Source: Podarcis liolepis
Taxonomy: Eukaryota
NCBI GenBank assembly: GCA_965112155.1
Contig: OZ218105.1
Reading direction: 5' to 3' (one strand)
DNA: 64,000 nucleotides
Shown here: positions 52,612 to 62,133 of the stretch, one piece after another
Numbering within the stretch: position 1 is the stretch's first letter
Layout of the letters: the number at the start of each line of letters is the position of its first letter
Notes under the pieces: generated by a model
The model's input: only the letters and a program-made list of their open reading frames with translations
What the model was told of the DNA's origin: nothing
The model's database searches: none
Position numbers and translations under genes: made by a program

Positions 52612-52673
52612 GTATAGTATAGTATAGTATAGTATAGTATAGTATAGTATAGTATAGTATAGTAGAATAGTAT
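52612..52673. repeat. (TATAG)n pentanucleotide microsatellite
   Basis: direct reading. Confidence 0.95.
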
Positions 52674-54726
52674 ATAAAAAAATTATTGCAGAATATGGAT
52701 AGATAGCTTTTTAACCACTGTTGGGAGTTGTTTTCTTTCTTTCTTTCTTTCTTTCTTTCTTTTGTTTTGTTTCCCAATGTATTTCCTATAATAATAATAA
52801 ATCAGTGTGGCATGAGCAAATTTTCATTCTGAAAGTGTAGCCAGAGAAAAAAGTTTGAAATCCAATGACTTTGTAGGATACCACATTTTTAAGTCCAGGG
52901 TTCCCAGAAATATCCATCTGGTTTGGTAAGTGAGCTCATTTGAGAAGAAAAGGTCCTTTAGGTGTTCGCATCCCCGGCTGTGTAACGTTTGAAAGCTGAA
53001 ACCAATACCTTAAACTGGGTCTAGAAGCAAATTGGAAACCAGAGTAACTAGCACAAACTGGTTTGAATATGTGCCTGCATCCCAGCACATTGGAAATGTG
53101 CAGCAACTCCATGCAGAGTGAATTGTAGTAACCAAGTCTGGAATATACAGATACATGAACCAGTGTAACAAAGTTTGGCAGGGGGAAGGGGGGAGGGGAC
53201 TATTATTAGCCAAAGATGGAAGAAGATACACTTCAGAACAACATTAACTTCGTTTTCAATGCTCCCCCAGATTCTTTGGTTGATCAAGATCACAGAGATT
53301 CCATGAATCAGGTACATGCTTCTATCAGGTGCATGACATTCCCTTACCCAGTGCCTTTTCCCCTAGAAAAATAGGTGGCGGTACTCACCATGAAGTTGTT
53401 ACAATAAATGCCACACTATTTAACAACAACAACACCAAAATAGGTGCCAGTACTGCGTCCTTTTCAGTACCCCCTGAAAAAAATACACATTGCCCTTACC
53501 AGTATTACGTACCTCCATGTTGTCTATATCACATCCTAGTCTATTCTCCCTCATCCAATTGTCCACAAATGTCCAGCACTGGTTCAGGACTGAGATGGTT
53601 GCTCCTGAAGGCTTATGGATGCTGTTTAACTTAGGAAAGTGGGTCAATTAAATTACTATAACCATAGCTGCACCTAAAAGCCTGTGGACCTGTCTTCACG
53701 GTGTTTATTACAGAGGAGCAATGATAGCTCATTTGTTCTGTGGCTTTCTCATCACCCACAAACTATTATTTATATAGTCATGAATTGCCGTTTCCATCTG
53801 CCACACAGCAGAGAAATTACAGCATGTTGAGGAAAGAAAGGAAAAGCACAGCAGGTCATGACAATGCACTTACTGCTGCTTTCTGCATCACTATAAAAAG
53901 AAACAGGAATTTGGACCCTGTCAGAGAATCAAAGACAGGAAAGGCCTATCAGGAAGTGGGCAGAGAAAACATGCTATTACCGTAACTAAAACCTCAAGTG
54001 GAATTTTACCTCAAGACACAGTAATGGGATTACGCAATCATTCTTCCCTGTCTCTTAACATTTTTGTTTGCATGTTTGAACTTCATGTTTATTGATCGAT
54101 TGATTATTTTATATCTCACTAGTTCAGCTCCCAAAGATACTCAACATAGTATGATAAAAATTACTGGGCCAAGTATTCATTAGTTTCCTATTTAAGTAAC
54201 CCACCTAATCTAATAATATAAGACTATAAGAACAACATCACTGCTTTTCCAGATCAGGTCATGTTTCATAGAATGTAGCATTCTGCTTCCGTGAGAGTTC
54301 AGCCAGACACCCCTGGGCATCTGGAAGATGTCAAGCAATATTTCATGGCGGGCTGCAACAAAAATAACTATATTTCCAAAACAGAAGCTGACTTTCATTT
54401 TATTGAAGATTGGCCATGAGAGTATGTTGTAACACCATGAAACAAAAGACTACAGTGGGGTGTACATTAAAGACTAAATTAGACCATGAAACTAAAGAAG
54501 CTAGAAAAGTAGGGTATAAATATTTTAGAAAACAATAAATACTTTGACTTTTAACAATGCAGGATCAAACAAAACCAATATGGAATGGTTCACCTGTCTA
54601 TAATGACCTTGTGGACAGGGGTGAGGTTAGTTAACTTTCAAGTCTGTGTTAGAGAAGGAAATGCGGCAGGGCACCAAGATATGGTTTGCCACAATGTTTG
54701 AACATAGCCACTGCTGAAAAAGAAAA

Positions 54727-55204
54727 ATAGAATCGTAGACTTGTAGAGTTGAAAGGGACCACAAGGAATGTCTAGTCCAGGGATAGGCACCTAAGGCCCG
54801 TGGGCTGGATGCGGCCCAATCGCCTTCTCAATCCGGCCCACGGACGTTCCAGGAATCAGTGTGTTTTTACATGAGTAGAATGTGTGCTTTTATTTAAAAT
54901 GCATCTCTGGGTTATTTGTGGGGCCTGCCTGGTGTTTTTACATGAGTAGAATGTGTGCTTTTATTTAAAATGCATCTCTGGATTATTTGTGGGGCATAGG
55001 AATTCATTCATTCCCCCCCCCCCAATATAGTCCAGCCCACCACATGGTCTGAGGGTTGGTGGACCAGCCCACGGCTGAAAAGGGTTGCTGACCCCAGTCT
55101 AGTCCAACCTCCTGCAATACAGGAATCTTTGGCTCATTGTGGGGTTTGAACCCACAACTCTGAGATTGAGAGTCTCATACTCTACCAACTGAGCTATCCC
55201 AACC
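54727..55204 (-). mobile_element. tRNA-Lys-derived SINE with CR1-type 3' tail (interrupted by hAT MITE)
   Basis: Minus strand: gatagctcagttggtagagtatgagactctcaatctcagagttgtgggttcaaacccc...ggactaga...ccctttcaactctac. Confidence 0.78.
54778..55096. mobile_element. hAT MITE with internal ~70-bp tandem duplication, inserted in a tRNA/CR1 SINE
   Basis: Perfect TSD gtctagtc; reverse-complement similarity to 21036-21299. Confidence 0.85.
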
Positions 55205-57254
55205 AAAATGTTCCTGTATTGGAACATTTTGGTCTTTCCAGTATTTTTGGTCCTTCCAACCTTCATTCTATAAATTAAAACTATTGTGATACAATTTTGC
55301 TAGTTACAGAGGCAAATTGTCCGTACACAGCATTAAAACTGAAAGCTATGGGCTAATCTGTTTCTATTAAAATACATGGTTGGATGCTTTTAAAGGGCTG
55401 TTTCAGACTTCTTGCTCCATCTGCTGGAGCAAGCACAACACAAGCAGTCACATGTTGCAGTATGCAAAGTGAAAATCCTAGAAACTAGAAAGTGATGCAA
55501 CAATGGGATTTCATTTCCTTTTTCTTCACAGTGAATTTTGAATGCTTAATTATTAACTGCTGGAATTTTGTTCCTAAATACTTTAGTGTTAAATTGTAAA
55601 GCATTTTCCTTCAATGTTTCCCTTTTGCTTGACACTGTATACTTGCATACAGGAAATGCAACAGTGGTGTAAAGACCAAGGGGCCAATAGCTGCTAGTGA
55701 AATAAAATTAGTGATCATGATGGTAAGGCACACTTAGGGTTCTGCCTCCCTCTACTGGAATTCTTTAGATTATATTTTAGTATTATGGTGTGTGTAGCAT
55801 CTTAGCTTGACATCTTCCCATTTTTTTCATGCTATTTGATATATGTGTGTGTGTGACTGATAACGTAAAATTCCAAATTGATTTTTCAGCTCACAAAGAG
55901 AGAATTGCAGCATTCCTTTACCTTGCTCTTTAATCTGTCAGTTGATGATATTACAGGAGGGGAACATGTGGAAATGTCCTTAAAGTATTGACAATGCAGG
56001 TAAATAAAGTTGTGTTTAATTAGTGTTTAGTGTTATGAGGGTTTTTTTGGGGGGGGGCAGTCTGGATGAAACTCTGGGTCTCCTTTCAAACCTTGTGATC
56101 TTGTATCTGTGAGGGTAGAATGTGTAATGTTGAAGCTTGCCAAGCCAATTCCGTTGTCAAGGTAATGGCTTTGACTGGCTAGTTAAGTGCCACAATTTAG
56201 CATATCCAAAGAAGTTGCTCTGTGCCATAGAACTTATGAGTTGGTCTTTCTTCCACTTCCCCTTACCTACTTGCTATGTAAAAGAACAACAGTGAGAGTT
56301 GTGTGCAAGTGCGCTGAAAGCAGGCTGGAAGCTGGATACATAAAGACATGTATTGCTCTGTGCTGGGGTTTGGACCTCTCCTGGTAAACTAAAGCAATAT
56401 CCGGGGGGGGGGGGTATTTTACACTCAGGTTGTGCCCTGAGTAAGTGCTTGACACCCTGGAGTCTGTTGCTGCTTGGAGATTAGGGTTTTGTGTTATTTG
56501 ATATTTGAGAAAATGAATATTTGAGAAAATGAATATGCTTGACTTACATAATGTGAATTATACACAATGATAAATAATAAAATGCTGCTTAATCAGATGC
56601 AAATTAGTTATTCTGTATTATTAATGGGAAATTAATTATGAAAAGTAAAAATCATTTAAAAATATAAGCCACACTTGGCAGATGGTGGAGTGTGTATTGG
56701 GAATTAAGAAATAGACTTCAAGTAAAAGCTTCATTAGTATTCATTATCTCATCGAGGAACCATCAAAAATGCATTCGTGGAACCTAGAGGGGCCAGTTTG
56801 GAGGGGAAGAAGAATTCAAAAACTTTAACTTTGAAGGAACATTTTTATTATTCAATATAGCTGTTCATTTACATAAAAAAATGAAAGAAAAATATGAGGG
56901 GATCTCTGGAAATTGGAAGAGGTACACATAATTCCTTTGTCTATAAAACTTTCAGCTGTCCACCTTTTCCATACTACATTTAAGTCCTGAGAAGGAATGT
57001 TTATTATTTAAAATATAGAACAACAGAAACAATGACACATTTGGCTCATTGTCCTCATTTCCTCCACATATATGTACCCTGTTCTCACTTATTAATCTCC
57101 ACCCTACAATAAATGTGGTATGTGTAAAGTGTAAATCCTTGTATAGATTTAATGGGCTTTAAAGGAGTATAATATATGGCACTCCCCACCCCCCAGATAT
57201 TACTGGACTCCAACTCCTATCGACTCTAAACACCATGGCCTATGGTAGAGGGTT

Positions 57255-57390
57255 ATTTATTATTTTATGTATTATTACATTTATATCCTGTCTTTCGTCC
57301 AGAAAGTTCAAGGTGGCTGACACGATTTCTTCTCCTCTCCATTTTATCCTCACAACAACCCTGTGAGGCAAGTTAGGCTGAGAAATTGTA
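57255..57390 (-). mobile_element. MIR/L2-like SINE fragment
   Basis: ttatcctcacaacaaccctgtgagg..aggctgaga motif. Confidence 0.55.
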
Positions 57391-57560
57391 ACTATGGGTT
57401 TGTGGAAGTTGTAGTACAGCAACATAGGGAGGACACCCTGTTGGCTATACCTGGTCTATAGTCTGGAAGGATCATTCTCCAAATATATAATTGGGGACCA
57501 TATATTTACAGATTATATCTCTTCAACTGACTGCTTATGAAACCATAACTGTCTCATATA

Positions 57561-57796
57561 CAATGGAACCTCGGTTGCCAAATGTAATCCGTTCCGGAAG
57601 AAAGACCATTTGACTTTCGAAATGTTCGACAACTGAGGATCAATGGGCTGGCTGCAAAGTCAATGGGGGAAAAAATAAAAATGCACCCCAGAAGCCATTT
57701 GACTTCCAAGGCACGTTTGAAAACAGAAGCAATTACTTCCAGGTTTTTGGCGTTCAGGTTCCGAATTGTTCGGCTTCCGAGACGCTCGAAAACTGA
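57561..57796. mobile_element. Tigger-like MITE truncated by assembly gap
   Basis: TA-caatggaacctcgg...taatccgttccggaag; right TIR not visible. Confidence 0.7.
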
Positions 57797-57932
57797 NNNN
57801 NNNNNNNNNNNNNNNNNNNNNNNNNNNNNNNNNNNNNNNNNNNNNNNNNNNNNNNNNNNNNNNNNNNNNNNNNNNNNNNNNNNNNNNNNNNNNNNNNNNN
57901 NNNNNNNNNNNNNNNNNNNNNNNNNNNNNNNN
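57797..57932. other. Assembly gap (136 N)
   Basis: run of N. Confidence 1.
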
Positions 57933-59606
57933 TGTCTTCCCGTGTAAGAGTTGGGGTGTCTAGGCGACGTTTCGACGAGGTCTCACTCGTCATCTTCAGG
58001 CTGGAGCTTTCGGCTTCTTGTTACTGGAACAGAGCAGGATCTCAGTGTTTGAGTTCCTATAAATACTGTTGAGGGGGTGTGGTGTATAGCCTCCAACGTT
58101 CTGGGCAGAGAGGAAGTTCCCAGGTTAGTGTGCCTTTTCTTCCTTAATTACTTGAGGGATATCTTGAGTGATTTCTTGAGTGATATTCTGAGTACCACTT
58201 AGGTGGGTCATTAAGTGTGGATTAGTTGCTAAAGCTTTCGTGTCTTGACCTCTTGAGCTTGTGAAGAGTTTTTCTGAGAAGATGGCTGTACTGCACTTAG
58301 TTGTGCTCTGGCTTGGCTTCGTGTATAGGGGCGAGCTGTGGTTTTGTGCCCTGTGCCAGCCAGATCTGTGTAGGGATTGCAGGGGGGTGCAGCATCCGGA
58401 GGTGCCACTATGGTTTGGCTACTGGATGGTGTCTGTAATTTATCTGTGGAGAGGGTCTGGGTTTGGGTCTGGTGTGGTTGATTGGTGATGGCGTTCTGTG
58501 TGCCTCTGGTTCTGGTGTCGGTTTTTGTGGGGAGGGCTAATTTCCAGATGTCTGGCAGGCGGGACGTGTCGTCACGCTTGTTCATGTTGTGAGGGTGTTT
58601 CTCTATCTCGATGGCTTCCATGATTATTCTCTTGTGGTGATGTTCCATGTTAAAGAGCAATTTGGAATCTGCAAAATTAATTTCGTGTCCTGTTTCTTTC
58701 ATGTGTTGGAAAAGAGAGGAAGTTTTTTCTTCTTTTTTGACGGCATTCTTGTGTTCTGCGATACGTGCATTTATTCGTCTGTTTGTTTGTCCAATGTACG
58801 TGGCTGGGCAGACTTTGCAGGGTATTTCATAGACCCCTTGGTTTTCCAACTGGATTTTATCTTTGGGGTTTCTGAGGATATTGGCTATTTTTTGGTTGGT
58901 GCAAAAGGCTGTTTTGATATTGTGTTTATGGAGGATTTTGCTAATTTTATCTGTAGTGCCCTTGATATAAGGAAGGAGGGCCATGCCATTGTTTTCTTCT
59001 GTGTCTTGGTTTTTGGGGGGTGTTTCTTTTTGGATTAGCTTCGTAACCCTGTTTTGCTGGTATCCATTGGCGATTAACACATTTGAGAGATTCTGTAACT
59101 CAGTTGTCAAGTGGTCTTTGTCAGCCAGGCGTTTGGTTCTGGAGATGAGAGTCTTGGCTACGGAGTTTATTTGTGCAGGGTGGTGGTGTGATTGTGCATG
59201 TAAGTAGCGGTTGGTGTGTGTTTTTTTCCGGTAGATAGTGTGTCCTAGGGAGCCATCAGGTTTTTTGTAGATTAGGACGTCAAGGAAGGGAAGTTGGTTG
59301 TTGGCTTCTATTTCCATAGTGAATTGTATTTTGGGGTGTAGGCTGTTGAGATGTGTGAGGAAGCTATCTAGTTTTTCTTTCCCGTGTGGCCAAATTACAA
59401 AGGTGTCGTCAACATATCTGAGCCAAAGTTTGGGTTTGTGTTCTGACTTGTCTAAAGCATTGGTTTCAAAGTGTTCCATGTACAAATTTGCGATGACCGG
59501 TGAGAGGGGTGATCCCATAGGTGCTCCTTCTATCTGTTTGTATCTTTGTCCATTGTGGATGAAGTACGTGTTGGTTAGGCAGTGGTTGGTCAGGTCCAGG
59601 ATGTAT
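57933..59606 (-). mobile_element. Penelope-like element (Poseidon-type), 5'-truncated, left arm of palindrome
   Basis: RT motifs GAPMGSPLSPVIANLYM, WLRYVDDTF, LPFLDV, YRKKTHT and GIY-YIG GVYEIPC..CPATYIGQT..RIAEH..EAIEI..MN, with no Cys-rich linker. 3' end runs into the gap. Confidence 0.95.
57959..58006 (-). ncRNA. Minimal type I hammerhead ribozyme motif (mirror copy in left arm)
   Basis: Identical to 61215-61262 on the minus strand. Confidence 0.75.
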
Positions 59607-59620
59607 CCCCCCGAATACAT
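58229..59620 (-). CDS. Open frame: C-terminal half of PLE reverse transcriptase + GIY-YIG endonuclease + low-complexity tail (463 aa from junction ATG)
   Basis: ORF track 58229..59923 is stop-free. The part upstream of 59620 is antisense of the right arm. RT motif A is absent. Confidence 0.7.
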   Translation of the reverse strand: MYSGGYILDLTNHCLTNTYFIHNGQRYKQIEGAPMGSPLSPVIANLYMEHFETNALDKSEHKPKLWLRYVDDTFVIWPHGKEKLDSFLTHLNSLHPKIQFTMEIEANNQLPFLDVLIYKKPDGSLGHTIYRKKTHTNRYLHAQSHHHPAQINSVAKTLISRTKRLADKDHLTTELQNLSNVLIANGYQQNRVTKLIQKETPPKNQDTEENNGMALLPYIKGTTDKISKILHKHNIKTAFCTNQKIANILRNPKDKIQLENQGVYEIPCKVCPATYIGQTNRRINARIAEHKNAVKKEEKTSSLFQHMKETGHEINFADSKLLFNMEHHHKRIIMEAIEIEKHPHNMNKRDDTSRLPDIWKLALPTKTDTRTRGTQNAITNQPHQTQTQTLSTDKLQTPSSSQTIVAPPDAAPPCNPYTDLAGTGHKTTARPYTRSQARAQLSAVQPSSQKNSSQAQEVKTRKL

Positions 59621-61338
59621 CCTGGACCTGACCAGCCACTGCCTAACCAACACGTACTTCATCCACAATGGACAAAGATACAAACAGATAGAAGGAGCAC
59701 CTATGGGATCACCCCTCTCACCGGTCATCGCAAATTTGTACATGGAACACTTTGAAACCAATGCTTTAGACAAGTCAGAACACAAACCCAAACTTTGGCT
59801 CAGATATGTTGACGACACCTTTGTAATTTGGCCACACGGGAAAGAAAAACTAGATAGCTTCCTCACACATCTCAACAGCCTACACCCCAAAATACAATTC
59901 ACTATGGAAATAGAAGCCAACAACCAACTTCCCTTCCTTGACGTCCTAATCTACAAAAAACCTGATGGCTCCCTAGGACACACTATCTACCGGAAAAAAA
60001 CACACACCAACCGCTACTTACATGCACAATCACACCACCACCCTGCATAAATAAACTCCGTAGCCAAGACTCTCATCTCCAGAACCAAACGCCTGGCTGA
60101 CAAAGACCACTTGACAACTGAGTTACAGAATCTCTCAAATGTGTTAATCGCCAATGGATACCAGCAAAACAGGGTTACGAAGCTAATCCAAAAAGAAACA
60201 CCCCCCAAAAACCAAGACACAGAAGAAAACAATGGCATGGCCCTCCTTCCTTATATCAAGGGCACTACAGATAAAATTAGCAAAATCCTCCATAAACACA
60301 ATATCAAAACAGCCTTTTGCACCAACCAAAAAATAGCCAATATCCTCAGAAACCCCAAAGATAAAATCCAGTTGGAAAACCAAGGGGTCTATGAAATACC
60401 CTGCAAAGTCTGCCCAGCCACGTACATTGGACAAACAAACAGACGAATAAATGCACGTATCGCAGAACACAAGAATGCCGTCAAAAAAGAAGAAAAAACT
60501 TCCTCTCTTTTCCAACACATGAAAGAAACAGGACACGAAATTAATTTTGCAGATTCCAAATTGCTCTTTAACATGGAACATCACCACAAGAGAATAATCA
60601 TGGAAGCCATCGAGATAGAGAAACACCCTCACAACATGAACAAGCGTGACGACACGTCCCGCCTGCCAGACATCTGGAAATTAGCCCTCCCCACAAAAAC
60701 CGACACCAGAACCAGAGGCACACAGAACGCCATCACCAATCAACCACACCAGACCCAAACCCAGACCCTCTCCACAGATAAATTACAGACACCATCCAGT
60801 AGCCAAACCATAGTGGCACCTCCGGATGCTGCACCCCCCTGCAATCCCTACACAGATCTGGCTGGCACAGGGCACAAAACCACAGCTCGCCCCTATACAC
60901 GAAGCCAAGCCAGAGCACAACTAAGTGCAGTACAGCCATCTTCTCAGAAAAACTCTTCACAAGCTCAAGAGGTCAAGACACGAAAGCTTTAGCAACTAAT
61001 CCACACTTAATGACCCACCTAAGTGGTACTCAGAATATCACTCAAGAAATCACTCAAGATATCCCTCAAGTAATTAAGGAAGAAAAGGCACACTAACCTG
61101 GGAACTTCCTCTCTGCCCAGAACGTTGGAGGCTATACACCACACCCCCTCAACAGTATTTATAGGAACTCAAACACTGAGATCCTGCTCTGTTCCAGTAA
61201 CAAGAAGCCGAAAGCTCCAGCCTGAAGATGACGAGTGAGACCTCGTCGAAACGTCGCCTAGACACCCCAACTCTTACACGGGAAGACACCCGAAGACACC
61301 AAAACCTGCATTCCTGTACCCGTGAAAATCTACGAAAG

Positions 61339-61341
<3 letters not shown>
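59607..61341 (+). mobile_element. Penelope-like element (Poseidon-type), 5'-truncated, right arm of palindrome, nonsense mutation at 60048
   Basis: Reverse complement of the left arm. CAA>TAA splits the ORF (59601-60050 and 60051-60992). Ends in (AT)n. Confidence 0.95.
61215..61262 (+). ncRNA. Minimal type I hammerhead ribozyme motif (PLE 3' terminal repeat)
   Basis: CTGAAGA-T-GACGAG(tgagac)CTCGTC-GAAA-CGTC. Palindromic ACGT helix III, GUC cleavage triplet, weak helix I. Confidence 0.75.

Positions 61342-61391
<50 letters not shown>
61342..61391. repeat. (AT)n microsatellite abutting PLE 3' end
   Basis: direct reading. Confidence 0.95.
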
Positions 61392-61395
<4 letters not shown>

Positions 61396-61916
61396 AAGAG
61401 ATGGAGAGAGGGGGAGATAAAGGGGAGGGGGAGATAAAGGGGAGGGGGAGTGCTACAAGCAGACAGAAACATGGGAGAAAGGAACTCAGAAAGAACATTA
61501 TTAATATTTATTTATTTAGCACCATTATCAGTCTTGGGCTGATTAACATCCTATACTCCTTTAAAGATGTTTGTGAAAGCGGGTTGGGGGTGAGGTCTTA
61601 CTGATTTGTTTTGTTCTTATTCTTTTTATTGTGGATTTTGTGTTTTCAGCTGGTGTCTTTATGCTGCGAACCACCCTGAGATCTATAAGTGAAGGGCAAT
61701 ATACACATTTAAAATGAAATAATGTACATGGTACTTTACAAAGAATGCGGGTCTGTACTCAAAGGGGCTCACAATATTGAAAAAAGATGCATGTGAGACT
61801 ACAGAGGAAGTGGGAAATGAAGGCAGACAAAGACAGGGGAATACTACTTCAGTTACTTAGTCAAAATAAAAAATTCCTTCCAGTAGCACCTTAAAGACCA
61901 ACTAAGTTAGTTCTTG

Positions 61917-61954
61917 GTATGAGCTTTCGTGTGCATGCACACTTCTTCAGATAC
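61917..61954 (-). ncRNA. Minimal type I hammerhead ribozyme motif of Neptune-type PLE
   Basis: gtat-CTGAAGA-a-gtgtgcatgcacac-GAAA-gc-TC-atac. Helix I gtat/atac, palindromic helix II, palindromic AGCT helix III. Confidence 0.85.
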
Positions 61955-62133
61955 ACTGAAATAGAAGTTGCCAGATCCTTCTATATAGTGAGAAGGTGGG
62001 GAGGGGTGTTACTCAGAAGGATGGTGGGAATGGGAGATAGGCAGATAGCTGGGAGAGCCTGTTGACGACTCTTAACGACTGTAATAGGTCTTACAGGAAA
62101 AGGCAAGGGGTGGGAAGGTGAGAAATGGTTTAG

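Noticed and set aside
47200-57500. CYP7A1 exons expected from recalled human synteny
   Set aside because: No cytochrome P450-like coding sequence was recognised; the gene is probably beyond the window.
59298-59600. Novel N-terminal domain (MLASISIVNCILG...) on the PLE ORFs
   Set aside because: It is the antisense reading of the RT in the opposite palindrome arm, not an independent domain.
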